The translations under genes were made by a program, and so were the position numbers. Positions 27,073-42,592 of a stretch of DNA of 64,000 nucleotides are shown in pieces. The notes below the pieces were generated by a model, which did not search any database, was not told the DNA's origin, and saw nothing but the letters and a program-made list of their open reading frames with translations. How positions within the stretch are numbered: position 1 is the stretch's first letter; each line of letters starts with the position of its first letter. This stretch comes from Chrysomallon squamiferum. Its lineage: Eukaryota; Animalia; Mollusca. The stretch lies in assembly GCA_012295275.1 (NCBI GenBank), contig CM022679.1:4278001-4342000 (forward strand). The letters are read 5' to 3'.

Positions 27073-28197
27073 GACAGACACAGACGAGAAATGAATTAAA
27101 GAAAGAAACGTAAGCAAGAAACTAAATTTAAAGAAAAGAAAAAAAGAAGAAAGAAAAACAGGTATATAAGAATAATGAAATGTTAAAAGAAGATATAAAA
27201 AAAGAAAAAATAAAGAAAGTTAAAAAATAATAACAATAAAAAATAAAATAATAAAAATAGAAAAAAAGAACGAATGATAAAAAGTAGAAAAAAGAAAGCA
27301 GATTATCAGATAATGGTATTTCATTCGCTCTATGAAGAAAATACACCTATTAAAAAAAAAACCAAATCATTCTACAGTTTGAACAGTTCTATTTTAATCG
27401 TAAGAAAATCTCTAAGTTAAACAATAACCCACACCAACAAAGTTACCTTCAAACAAACCTACTGACTCAGCTGTATAAATACTCACGTATATATACGAAT
27501 AACAAATAGCATGCTGTTTTTTTTTTTTTGTTGTTGTTGATAAATTTGATTACAGTCCTAATAAATTAATATAAACGTAAAATGTTATATTAATATCATC
27601 TAATTTCATATTTATTCAAAAACGTTATTAATAATATTAAAATGTTACGTGATCTTGTCTCATTTGTAACGCTTAATATAGCACGCCTACTATCACATGC
27701 GTCATCGCTGCTATTTTTGCGTCTATAATTTATATTTAAAAATATCATGTACAGCATATAATTCCATTAGTGTTTATTACCATCATTAATTTTGTTTAGT
27801 CTCCACGGATCAGCTGCGTCTAATTCTGAACGTTACTAATACAAATAATGAATTATCGCGAAACCTTTTTTTTTATTTCTATTTATTTATTTATTTATTG
27901 GTTTGTTTGTTTATTTATTATTAATTTTGATTTGACATGATTTTTTATCTTGATTTATTATTATTATTATTATCATATTTATTATTATTATTATTATTAT
28001 TATTAATGATTTTTTTATTTTTTTAAATTATTATTTCCCTAATTTCACTGTACGTCTAATACAAGACAATCAGAAATACCTCTAGTTCTTAACTATATAT
28101 ATATATTTTATTTTTTAAATTATAATTATAATATTTCACATTCTAACTGGGCGCCAAATTTTATCATATCGGAACATTACTTCATATAATATCCCTA

Positions 28198-28243
<46 letters not shown>

Positions 28244-28529
28244 TTATTTTTCCCATTCTAACTGGACGACTTATTTAATATAAGTGAAGCGTTAGCAAGT
28301 TGTGTGTCATGCTCAGACACATTTGGAGGAATTGCTTCGCTCGTCGATGTCTCACCAACAGTAATTGAATTAGCAGTAGACTCGCCTCTATTTCCCCAGT
28401 GACAATCGCCGTTGAGATTCTCGTGTGAAGGAACTATTTGAATGAAATCCACGAGAACGTCTACCTTCAGCGTGAATATTACTGCACGCTACTGCCGAGT
28501 TTCCACTTAGTCTTCTTTTGTTTCTTGGT

Positions 28530-28749
<220 letters not shown>

Positions 28750-29069
28750 TTGTAATATTAATAATAAAAATTCTGTTGTAGTTTCAATCACGTTTTTGCA
28801 ACAAGTTTTGAAGGACAAGGTTTGACAACAGTAGGATGGTTAGATTATATGCCATTTGTTGTTTAATTATTTTAAGGTTATTTAAATTTGATGAGTTAAA
28901 GTATATTAGTATGATTTTAAGTCAGATAAAATAGATTTAAAATAACGCTATAATAATAATAACAAATAATAATAATAATAATAACAACAACAACAATTTA
29001 TAAAAAAAAGAATATCAAGGTTTTTCTCATTACTAAAATGATATAGTAATAAAATATCTCTCTCTGTAT

Positions 29070-29104
<35 letters not shown>

Positions 29105-29378
29105 TATTTACCTACACTGGCGAGTATTATCTGGAAATGCCGTTAGCTTACCGTTCTTTGGCCGTCACCCATGTGAAAACAGTAGGGAGTAATCATTGTA
29201 GATAAATTTCTCTCTTCTAATATTTACATTTTCACAATAATATTTAAATTAAAAAAAAATAAAAATAATAATTTTTTTTTAAATTTTTTAATGTATTTAT
29301 TATTATTATTATTTTTTTAACATTTGAAAAGAATATATTGATAAAAAATATTTAGTCATGCGGTAAAATATAATTATA

Positions 29379-29409
<31 letters not shown>

Positions 29410-29695
29410 ACAGCTGTGGCGTGAAGTAAATGTGTATCGATATTTTGAAGTACGCCGCAATGTTTAGAACGTTCAGTTCCTCACTGAGAAGTGTTTACGG
29501 GTCATTGCCGCGGTAACGACTGCGTGAGACGATGTGGTAGTGTAACTTCTTGTTACAATATTAATCGACAATTCCACTGGAGACAGCGCGGTTACTCAAC
29601 CAGTAATTAGCGTTTCATTGCTTTTCTTTCACAGCATGACCTCAGCAATCAGCCCCATTTCTGTACAAACTCACTACACCTTTGTAATGTTAGTA

Positions 29696-29698
<3 letters not shown>

Positions 29699-29762
<64 letters not shown>

Positions 29763-29830
29763 ACATCATCTCATAATAAATTAGCGAAATTAAACGAACG
29801 GTTGATCATTGGCAACATAATTCAGAGATT
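29699..29830 (-). repeat. Short element with (GA)n tail, copy B
   Basis: See copy A. Confidence 0.85.
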
Positions 29831-32599
29831 GTGTGTGCCTGTGTGTGTGTGTGTGTGTGCGTATGTGTGTGTGTGTTTGAAGACTGACAATATTTCAGAA
29901 TAATAAAAATAAAAATATTAACAAACTCGGTAACTTTTTACAAATATTAAACTCATGATCTAGACGATCAACAGCAACAACAATAATAACAACAATTATA
30001 ATATTAACACAAAATAAATAAGTAAATAAAACATCTATTATTGGTTATAAATTCGTCTACAAATTACACTAGCAGCATAGTTAATGATTATTATTATTAC
30101 TATTACTATTATTATCATGACCATCTTCACATTGCAGTGAAGCAAACAAACCAAATTAAAATCTGCATTTCCACTGCTTGAGCTTTTGAAACAAACAAAA
30201 AAATAATAATAATAATAATTTTTTTATATCAATCGTTTAAGCAGAACCTGCAGGGAAGAAAGAAAAACAATGCACGCTGTATTAACAGCCCAGTTATAGA
30301 ACTGACATTTAATAGCACGTCGAGGCAGCGAGATCTATCCACCTCCACACAGATCCCTCGCTGCAACCCTTTTTATGCGAAATAACAACAAGAAAGGAAA
30401 AAGAAAAAAAAAAACCATGTCAGTAGGAGATAGCTGGAAACAAGCATGCACCAGACACCGGCGTATAATTAATATACCAGACTGCGTCTATTTGATTAGA
30501 AAGAAAATAAAACGATAGCAAGAGGGCTTGGGCTATTTCTGGAAAAACGAAGACCAAGACTTGCAGAGAGAGAGAGAGAACAGAACTTGCTCTAAGCATA
30601 TGTTTCTGTCGCCTGCGTTTCGTTTCGAAAATAAACGTGGTACGGCAAACAAAATAGACAGCAGTCGAAATGCCGGTGTTGAACACATTCGCGCACGAAA
30701 CCTGTGTTTTGTTTACGATGTGATGTTGTGTTAGAGGTATACATCAGGTGTCGGTGTGTGTTTTTGGGGCTGAGGGATATATTTTGTTAAAGCTCGAATG
30801 TTTCTGGTTGTGTTGGGTAATGTGTCTACACACATACCATATCGTTCAGCTGGTTAGCTTAAAGGTTAAGCTGTGGTAATAATATTTAGTGTAGTCATCC
30901 GCTTCTAGATTACCAGTTGGCGTAATGTAATAACAGTATTAGTGAAAAATAAATAAATCCAAACGGGATGTAAGAGCCACTGTGTATTCGTCTCTTTTTT
31001 CTGTGAATACTTCTCTTTCGTTCTCTCTATTTCTGTCTTTAGCTATCTCTGTTTGTCTATCTATTTATCTATTTGTAAATTATCTATCTCTATATCTTTG
31101 TCCGTCAGTCTATATATCTGTCTGTCTGTCTATATATATAATACATTTTATCAGCTCTGTTGCTTGATGTTCTCCCTAAATCACGGTCTCTCTGACTTTC
31201 ATCTGTCTGTTCATCCATTATTTCATCCATCCACCAGTCCATTCATCCATCTATCTATCTATCATTATTTCACGCTTAATATTTTTGCCTTATCACTATA
31301 GCTCGTTCTTTGCTTGCCTCTAACTTCACATTCTCAGCATCCAGAGTATTTATATATTTAATTCAATTTCTTTCTACTTATTCTATTATGAGACTTATTT
31401 TTAATTCAATTTATCTCGATTTTTTTTTCTTCTTCTTTCTGCACTTCTGTTTCTGCTACTTGAACGATAAATTTATAAATGGGACAATAATCGCTGATTC
31501 TGAATGATTTAAGCGGGATCGATCCGCCTCTCTGGAATTATTTGGTTATTTTCCAATCCAGCAAATCCTTTATGGTATCTGATATGTGATTTTCTGTCCA
31601 TGAGAAATTGCTTATGAATGCTAATCAGCAAGCACCAGTCTGCGGAATCTGGCTTCTTCAATTCCAGAGCTGCGGTCCAGGTCAGAATAAACGTGTCTTA
31701 GAACAAAATTCTCCTGGATCAGGGAGCACGTGGGTAAACAGTTGTGAAACTATATGAGTATGTGTCTGACTATCTGTCTGTTTTGTCTGTCCCTATCTGT
31801 GTCATTCTGTCTATCTCTGTATCACTTCTATGTCTCGGTTTGTGTATCTTTATCTAACTCACTGTGAACCTATCTGTCTCTTGATGTTTGTTGAGTCGTT
31901 CACATATCAGAGGGGTTGCCATAAGGGGCAATTTGCTTTTCATCATTACTAGATGTAACATACGCACACACACAGACACGCGCACGCACGCACGCACACA
32001 CACACACACATATATATACATACATATATGCATGGTCGTATACAACGTATTTGCATGCACACACAAGTACATCTTTAAACAACGCCAACATCTTTATGAA
32101 ATACAGACACACACCCACAACACAAACGGGTCGTGTTAATTAAATTTCAACAAAGAAGCAAGTTCCATGTTTTCTAACTGCTGGTTCATAAGTTCACGAA
32201 TTAAGGAACTGCACGCAGTGGGAGTGAAGATTTGATTAATGTAAGAACTCGACGTTTAGGTCTCGTCAATCATTAACTGTCTGTGTCTGTGTTGTAATTA
32301 TTTTAAACCCAATACTATACCTGCCACCTGAAAAAAAAAAAGGTATTAGACACCAACAGGCATTTCATCTTTTTGAAAAAAAAATTTAAAAAAAAAAATT
32401 GGAAAATGCTGAGAAAGAAGGGAAAAGAAAAAACAAAATGAAGAAAGATGAGGAAGAACTTTGTGGGATTTTTTTTATTATTTTTTTTAGGAATGAAGAA
32501 TGTTGCTGTTATTTAAAGATATTTTTTAATGAAAAGGAATTTAAACAAAAAAATATATATATATATATTACCAAAAAAAAAAATAATCTAAAAAGAAGC

Positions 32600-32701
<102 letters not shown>

Positions 32702-33463
32702 TTTAAAGAGTTAAATGATGAGAAGAAAGGTCAGACACAAAGGAAACTATAAATGAAGAAAAAAATCTGCTGACTTTTCTGTGTAGTTTTAGAACGACTT
32801 AAATAAAAATTCTGAATAGAAAAAAGTTAAAACTTAATATCTTTTAACACTGTGATAGTCAGATTTGACACTGTACTGAGCTTCTTCCACTATTCCCAAA
32901 TGTTCTCCTGTTAGAAAAACTCCACGAAAAAACCGAAAGGTGACATTTGATTGGCAGCAGTAGCTAATAACCTTCTATGACGTCATAGTGCATCATCGAA
33001 ATGGAATCTTTTTTCACTTTTATTTTTTTTCTCACTTTTTTTCTTAGTAGAATTTATTTATTATGTGTTTTATGGTTTGGATGCGCTGTGGAAATTGAAT
33101 GTTCCATCTCAGCCGTCAAGGACTGCAAGTTCTAATCTCGTTAAATACTTAATGATTTTTGTGAAATATCTTATTAGTGCTGTTCCATTAATATTTCAAA
33201 TGACTGATATAAAAACATGTTTAATATCATGTGACACATGACAAGCATAAATCATAACAGGCATAAATGATAACTTTAAAGCAAGTAAAATGATGCATAA
33301 GCAAAATTTATTTGAAAGAGTGAAATAGTTTTTCCCGATTTTTTAAATGAATTACTTCAGTCTTTAAAAGGTGTAGAAATTGTAAACGGATTATTTGTAA
33401 ATGACAAAAATGTTAATACTTATAGGGATATTAGAACAAAGGTTAGACAGCTACCGAATAAGT

Positions 33464-33568
<105 letters not shown>

Positions 33569-34801
33569 AAACATGAAATGATAAAAATAATAATAAGAAA
33601 TATATAAAGTAGAAGTAAAGAGAGCTTTTCTCATTTTTCGAAAACTGAAGTAAAAAAAAGAGAAATCTTTATGTTAATTCTCGGCATTTCTTTACTAGAT
33701 TATGATATTCCGATGCAAACTATGAACACGTTTATGAATTTTTGCACTATACCAAACAACATTTAGATGATGAAATACGCCAATGGCAACGTCTTAGTCA
33801 TTTCCTGTTGGTTGAAAAAAGGGAGTGTGCATTTCTACGATCATTACCAGAAACATTTGCATATCGCATACACAAGACTTTGACTGGAAGCGTTGAGTTG
33901 TGAAATATTGATGAAATCAGTCGAGGCTAATTCGTTCTATAAGTTCGTGTCTTAATAATATTTGCCACATTCTGCGTTTCTAAGACGTGCTCATCAAAAT
34001 TCTCTGTTTGCTGCTGCACCCGGTGATGCATTTCGCGTCTGTCGTTTGTAAGCATGTTCCAAGAATAGTGAAATCGGGACGTAAAAAAAAAAAAAAAAAA
34101 AAAAAAACGAGCACGGTGCCTTCACGCGAGTCGACCTGCGTTGAAAAGCGATAGCTCATCTAGGATTCCAGAGCGCACATAAAACACAAATCTCACTGTT
34201 GAAGTTGGCAGTTGTTACGTACCGGATTACGAAATCGTCTGTTAGCTGCTGAGAAGAATAATACCTCCCCGTTGTCGGTATTATTTGGGAGACATTAAAA
34301 TACTAATTGTTTCCGCGCGTATCACCTTTAGGTGTCACGCTTTCTTACATGCTGCCTATGATCTCTTTTTGTTTGCATCGTAGGGAGAGAGAAGAAACAA
34401 AAATGTTTATGAATAGTTTCTTCAAATATAGTTCAGTCGTTTGATGTCTCTCAAAAAGAAATGCAGTTACATAATACGAAGATGAGAAAACCAGGTACAG
34501 AGCTGCGAACTTGCGCCAACGAAAGATTAAAGAGATACGTTTTATTTGTTCCAAAATAGCGTTCGTAAGTCCTGAAGAAGAAATACTTTTATATATTTAT
34601 GAGAATGCGCCAAACATGACTATTGCAGATTGCTATTGATAACACTCAGAGTGTTCCATCTATTCCTTGAGCTATAAAACATCTGTGGCATACTTTACAA
34701 ATATTTTTATTGCACACTGAGGTAATGGTTAAACATTATCACTTTTTAATTCATAGCGGACAGAAATGTGATGGTATGAAAGCATACAGTACATATGCTT
34801 T

Positions 34802-34895
<94 letters not shown>

Positions 34896-35380
34896 ATTTA
34901 TGTCCATGGTCACGATAATGACTGTGATTATTCTTTCGAAATGAAAGTTAAATTATTTTACTCCAACTTGAAGCAGTCTCACGGTTTCAAACAACAGACA
35001 ACGGCTAGTCTTGTCTCTGTATTCACGATCCTATAAGACAAAAATAAACGATTTCGGCATCACACTTTACACTGTTCCTGAGCCAGTCAGGCGTACAGAC
35101 AAGCAATTGACATCGCTAGTCACGCCTTGGTATTTCACTTCTTTAATTAGTGACATTTCGTTTATAGCGTCCATCATACCTAATGGAGTGGAAAGGCCAG
35201 ACCACTTTCCCGGACAACATGTAATGAAAACAGACAGTTCTCAAATAAGGATCAGACGAAACAGCGTCTTGGTCAAGATAAAGCTTTCCCAGAAAGCATT
35301 ATGGAACTGGTCTGTCTTAAAGTCTGCTTACTGCTTCCAGCGTTTAAGAAGAAGTGTCAAACCTCTTTTTCTTATCAAAA

Positions 35381-35820
35381 ATTAATTCAACAATATCTTG
35401 ACTAGACAAAGATAGATAAACAAAAAAAAATTAAAAAACAAAAAAATTTATATCTATAATTAAAAAACCTGAAACATTTAGGTAAAAAATGTGATAGAAA
35501 AATTATGTTTTTAAAAGGAAAAAACTAACCAACAAAAATATGCCAACAGAAAATTAATTGGAATTATTCTTGCTAGGCAAATAAACAAACAGTTCTTAAA
35601 AAAGTTACGATCTGACATAATAATTATAAAAAGAAAAGAAAAAAGATTTAGTCTAAAAACGTGAAAGAAAAATTATTTGTTTATCGGGCAAAAAATACCA
35701 ACAGAAATATACCCATCGAAGATTAATTCAACAATAATTTGCGTAGTCCAATAAGCAAATAGATAAACACGTTAAAATCAGACATAATAATTATAAAAAT
35801 GATTTGGATAAAAAAACAAG
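35381..35820. repeat. Degenerate ~170-bp tandem repeat (about 2.5 units)
   Basis: Unit starts attaattcaacaata/attaattggaatta at 35381, 35553, 35722; shared blocks gacataataattataaaaa and ccaacagaaa. Confidence 0.7.
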
Positions 35821-36408
35821 AAGAAAGAAAGGATTTGTATTCCTCAAAAATATGATGGATAATTGGGCCATAATGTCAAGGTTCACAGTGAGATGGTAGG
35901 ACTGGACTCTTATTAAGAATCAGTCGGGTTTTAAAATTGGCCATTGCTTTTATAATGTAGTCAGTGAGTCGGAAAGAGTGTACTGGCTCGTAATAAAATA
36001 TATCGCAATAAAAACAGTTTTTACATTCGATTACAAAAAAACGTTCCATTTACATGGGCCGTAATAGCTTTTATATTTACAGAAGCTTACACAAATAGTT
36101 CATTTTGTGGAATATTCTTTACAGCTGTGACACCATTTTAGAAGTAAACATTTAAATTATTATTATGCCACTTATAGGTTTTTTTTTTTTATTATATATT
36201 TATTTATTTATTTTATTTATTTATTTATTCATTCATTTATTCGTTCATTCATTCATTCGTTCATTTTATTTTATCTGGTATTTTCAGCAAAGAGATGCCA
36301 AGTCTGTGATAGAAAACATTTTAACAAGTTAAAGAAATAAAATATCACTGATGAACGTATATGCCGTTAAGGTACGATGACGGATAGAAATAAAGCGAAC
36401 TACAATAG

Positions 36409-36497
<89 letters not shown>

Positions 36498-36863
36498 AAG
36501 TGGCGTCATATAGTATTATACACTCCGTCACGCATACAAATAAATCGTTTACTCTTTGTAGCACTTCAGTGAGTTTCAAAAACAAATCAGAAGATAACGG
36601 TACTCCTCAAACAACCGTTAAAGATGCAGTTAACATCACAAATCTGCATTCACTGCGTGTATAACGGGACACTTAGTAAAACACTTTTTATCAATACAGT
36701 GACCATCTAAGCGTGCAGACAGCCACTTTTTACCACGAGACAGAAATCTACGCGTTCACTTATGTAATTAGCGACATTTCACTTCAGTTAACAGCGCGGA
36801 ACATTCTGCCCATTTAGGCAAAGCGGTGACGACGGGAAAAGTGTTTGTAACGTGTGTAAGTGG

Positions 36864-36924
36864 GTGGCAGTCCTCTCCCCGAGGAAGACATCTGTAGTGT
36901 ATAATAAAAGGAGAGGACTGCCAC
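36864..36924. other. Perfect 15-bp inverted repeat (hairpin, 31-nt loop) in intron 1
   Basis: GTGGCAGTCCTCTCC (36864-36878) / GGAGAGGACTGCCAC (36910-36924). Confidence 0.9.
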
Positions 36925-37001
36925 TCGGTAAGAAGGAAAATGCAAATTTGTTTTAATTATTAACTGAGTGTTTATCACTGTGTATTTATATCTTTGGTTT
37001 C

Positions 37002-37052
<51 letters not shown>

Positions 37053-37069
37053 GGTTCTAATTGTAGGTT

Positions 37070-37116
<47 letters not shown>

Positions 37117-37228
37117 TTTGTTCGTTGTTTTATTTTATTTATATATATATATATATTTTTTTTTTTAACTTGGTAATTTTTTTAGCCAATTATTATTATT
37201 ATTATTTTATTATTATTATTATTATTAT

Positions 37229-37271
<43 letters not shown>

Positions 37272-37418
37272 TTTAGTAGTAGTAGTGGTAGTTGAAGCAG
37301 TAGTAATATAGTCATCATCATCTACATTGTTATTGATGGCATGTAAAAGTATTAGTAGTTTATTTACCATTTATTTATTTATTTATTTTATTTACTTAAT
37401 AATTACATTAACATCAGC

Positions 37419-37459
<41 letters not shown>

Positions 37460-39544
37460 GCAGCAATAATAAAAGTAAAATAACAGCAGCAGCAGTAACA
37501 TCCACGGCCACGATGCGGTTACGTTGTTGTTGTTACTTCTGATGTTTATAATCGTGCACTAAAATAACTTTCAGCAATTTTGAAAACGTAAATCTGACAC
37601 GATGCTGAGAACACAAGCCTCGTTTTGACATGTTTAATTTACCACTGGATACGAGTTTACGTGTTTACATTCCACGCTTTTAACGTCAAACGCTTTTAGA
37701 AAGTTAAACATTTAAAAAAATAAAAAAAAATAAAAGAAATTAAAAAAGAGGGGAAACAAAAACGTAGAAATACAAGAACTATTATGAAACGCCTCAAAAG
37801 AAAATGAAGTTTTATGTTTATAAACAAAGTATATTGTTTTCAAAAAAAAAAGAAGTTTCATATTATTTATAGATACACATACTTACATATTATATAACAC
37901 ACATATATGCACATACGTACTCTTACATATATGCATACATGCATACATAAACACTTCCTATATATTTCTAAATAACATGACTGCATGCTGAATAATTTTC
38001 CTTTATTTTGTATTATGGCAAGTACTACAGAGTCCATTTATTGCCCGTGTTTGGCGAGAATCAATAAGAACATTATTTTTACACTGTTAGATTCATGTGG
38101 GGAATTGCCTAAAGACCACATTAATAATTTATATAAAGGTATTTTATTCAGTGTTTTAATATATTTAATTTTTTCTGTTTCTATTCTGATTTCGATTTTC
38201 TCTTTTTTTTTTATATTTTATTTTTATTTCCTTTTATTTTATTTTATTTTATTTTATTCAACAGTAGTAGTAGTAGTAGCAGTAAGACTGTAGTGAAATA
38301 AATAAAATTACGTATCAATGGTTATAGTAAAATAAATAGTAAAAGTAGCAGTAGTAGCATTAACAGTAGTAGTAGTAGTAACAGAAGTAAAATTGGTGGT
38401 GGTAACAATAGCAGAAGTAGCAGCTGTGGTAATAGTAGTAGTAGTAGACAAATGCGTCATCAGACATTTGAACATTTAAAAGTGCAGTGAGGAGGACTGC
38501 CACTTCACAGCTGTGACGATAACATGAGACAAAGAGCAGCTGCAACGTGTTTGACGTTGCTGCCAATATCCACCATGTTGACACAGTTTGCGGCTGAGAT
38601 ATTTATAGTGCTACTACTACTACTACTACTACTACTATTTTTACTAGTGGTGGTGGTAGCAGTAATAACGATAATGATGATGATAATAATAACAATAATA
38701 ATGATGATGATGATGATGATTATATTATTTAATAATATTGGTAATGATGATACTGATGATGAAGATACTACTACTACTAATAATAATAATAATAGTAGTA
38801 ATAATGATTATAATGATAATAATAATAATACTGGTATTAATGATAATCGACGGTTACATTACTAATGATTATGCTGTTGCGACTGTAACGGAGGCGTTGT
38901 TGACGGGTGTGATAAGCCTTCTTGATTTATTGATTTATTATCGAATACATTAATTTTTATCATTACATAAATGTTAACCCTTTTTTTTTCTTCCACACAG
39001 CTAAGACAGCAGTCAACTGTAGCTGCTTGTTTCATTATTTGCGTTCACCCTGGGAATAATTAAATATGAAACAACACAAACTGTATTGCTATCCCACAAT
39101 GTGTGTTTGTATTCCGAGTGTACAACGAGTTGAAATTAATAAAGATTTTAGCACGGCGTTTCTACTTCAGGGGATTCGGAATATTTAAACATGAACAGCA
39201 AAAGAACGTAGCGGGTATCACATCACACAGTTTTTAATAAATATACTACAACGTTGTTTGACTTGTGGTTGGTGTCGTTAATTTATTTATGACTCCTCCG
39301 ATGGGAAGTGACTTGTAAACGTGAAATTAGAGATTTTCATCATTGTGAAATCGGGAGAATAAGATGAATGTGATATCATATACTGTTTAGGAATACAACT
39401 GATACTTGGTGTCAGAATTAGTAACTGGAACAAATTTTATTATCTTTGACGTAGTCTATGTAACTCTTGCTGTAATAAGCGAAAAAGGTTATCTGTTGTA
39501 GAATTTGTTTGTTTTTAATCTGTTTTTAAGAGATTCCTCTTATA

Positions 39545-39590
<46 letters not shown>

Positions 39591-40192
39591 TATTATTATT
39601 ATTTATTTATTTATTATTATTATTTATATATTTATTCATTTATTTATTATTATTATTTATATATTTATTCATTTATTTTATTCATTTATTTTATTTTATT
39701 TTATTTGGGCTGGTATTCTTCTCAATTTGTTCCCTTCATGTAATTTTTTTTTTTTTTTTAACCCACCAGAAATTGAATTTCTCTGGATTATTTTTCTCTT
39801 TGGTTTTCAGAAGGAAGGAGAGACGGTGTCTGTGGAGAATTGCACTCCAATTAACAAGACGGAATGCTTGTAGTTTGACTGGCGAAGTCCTGTTTCCAGA
39901 ACCAGACCAGATGACAACGCTCTCTGCAGCCGATGGTGAAACCAATTTTTCCTTGTCAAATCTGAGAGTGACTCCTGGGCTTTGGTGCACCTGGTTCTGC
40001 AGCAGAGAATTCTCCAAGAACGTTTAAGACGAAGAGCTGGTAGATTTAAAGGTCGTTGTAACAGACGCACGGTGGTGATAATATGTTAAAAGCAGTAGTA
40101 GTCAGTATTACATTTCTGGTAATAATAGATGTACGAGGCTGTAGTAGTAGCTGTAGTAATAGTAATAGTAGTAGTAGTAGTTGTAGTAGTAA

Positions 40193-40245
<53 letters not shown>

Positions 40246-41037
40246 ACAGTAGCTGCAGTTTTAATTGTTGTAGTAATAATAATAGTAGCAGTAGTAGTTG
40301 TTAGAGTAGCAGCAGTAGTAGTAATAATATGACTAGTTGAAACACTATTTGTGATTCTTGTAGTAGTAGTTGTAGTAGTAGTAGTAGTAGTAGTAGCATG
40401 AAATGTAGGAACACTAGTTTCACTTTTCGATAAGTAATAACAGTGGCAGTAGTGCTAGGTTCTCCAGTAGCCTTGGAAGTGTAAATATTATTAGTAGTAA
40501 AAGCGGTTGTAAAAGTATTTATGGAAATAATAGAAGTAATGGAAGTCATAGTAATAGCCTGTAGAAACAATAGTAATTATTATTACAGAGTAGGAGTGAA
40601 AAGGACAGACTGTTAAAGAAAATAATGATGATGATGATGATATGATGATGATGACACGATGCCGTTGATAATGATGAAGAGAAACATAAGAAGAAAATGA
40701 AGAAGTACAAGAAAAGTTCTTTAATTTTATTACAAACTGTGATTCTCAAAAGACCACATTGAAACTAATTTTTCCTTGTCAAAGCCGATATTTCTCAAAG
40801 GTATTGATGCACCTGATTTTGAGAACGGAATTCTGAAGCGAATTTAAACATAAAAAAAAGAAGTGGAATAGGAATTTACATTTATAACAGACGCTCGTAA
40901 TCACTGTTATGTCTAAAGTTTTTGATGCTGATGATCAGATATTTCAATGGACGCAAACTAATTTTAGCCAATAATATTTTAAACAGATATTGAACGGAAA
41001 TATAGACCGAAAACATTGGAGGGGAAAAAAAAATAAT

Positions 41038-41076
<39 letters not shown>

Positions 41077-42592
41077 TATAATAATAATAATAAAATTCAA
41101 ATGAAACCCCCAAAACAAGTAAAATTTTTAAAAAAGTTTAAGATAGTAGAAATAGACTAGTAATAATGATTTCAATATTAGTGGAAGTAGCAATAGTAAT
41201 GGCACTGGTACTTTTAGAAAAAGAAAAGCGTAGTTGTTGCCCTAATAATAAAAACAAATAATTTATTACGATGAAAATGATGTCTACGACGCCGACGATG
41301 ATGATAAGTATTATGATGATGATGATGATGCTGATAATAATAATTAATGAAATTCAGCAATCACAAAAACTCCGGAAATCACAGAGATAAAAACAACATT
41401 TTGGAGAAGAAAACGAAGATATGTAATCTCTTCAAGTCATTTAATTAAATATTTCTTTAATTAAATAAAAAAATAAAAATATATATATATACAAAATAAA
41501 ATAAACGTGAGGCAGTCATACATTATTACTTTATCTCGATCAGCATTCAAAGTGTTTACTGTTATCAACACGTTCGAGTTATCTCGCCGAACATAAATCA
41601 GAAATCTGATTCTGGGTGTACATCTCCTATCTTCAGATAGAGACAGGCAATAAAGCAGAATTTCTTTTCATTTATCACGTCGTAAAAACGAAAAGATACG
41701 TCACGCCGTGTCTCATTAGGTGCAGCTTGATCAGCTTATTGGTGAAAGGTTTTTTTGAAAAAAAAAAAAAAAAAAAAAAAACATGGCCAAAACTGATGAC
41801 TTTTCCATGTTAAAAAAAAAAAAAAAAAAAAAATGAAAAATAAAATACAAGCATGAACCATCATCGAAGTTTTTAGATGAAATTAATTCTACAAACAGCT
41901 TCGGTGTTATCAAAAACTTATAAACGGTGAAAATGAAAATCTGAAACAGAGACATGAACCAGACAAACACGAAGAGGTCAGAATCGTTATGGAATCGGTT
42001 CTGTCGCCTTTTTTACTTTAGAATCTGATTCTGAATATTTGTATGAGCGAGCAACAGTGATTAAGTGGATGAAATGCATGGACAGATCAATGGGGTGGCT
42101 GAATATTAATTTAATTTTGATGATGTTCAAAAATCGAAGTATCAAATAAAAAGGCATTGCTTAAGAATCGTATGAAAGGAAGTGTTGACTGTTATTAGGT
42201 ATCAGGCGTGTTTGTGTTTATATATGTCTGCGCGTGTGTATGTGTACGTGTGTGTGTATATATATATAATTATATATGCATATTGCAAAACCTTTCTCAA
42301 AATAATAATTCTCTAACCTATTTTAACCACGTTTTGTTGACTGTATGTAAATGTCTGTGTAATCTGTGGATGTATATATTAGTGTATATATAGATTGCTA
42401 AATTTTGATCAGTTATTTAATATAAATGGATTCTGAGTGATCAAAATAATATTAATAAAGTAAATAATAAATAACCAAACAGTATGTAATTAAAACCCTT
42501 ATGTTACTTCTCTGTCGTAGATTGTTGACGACATTTGCCCGTTCTAACCACGTTTAACGTTAAATGACGTAAGCAGGTTCTGTGGTGCTTAC

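Noticed and set aside
35011-35385. 124-aa non-repetitive plus-strand ORF in intron 1
   Set aside because: Non-ATG start, no recognisable motif and no clear splice signals.
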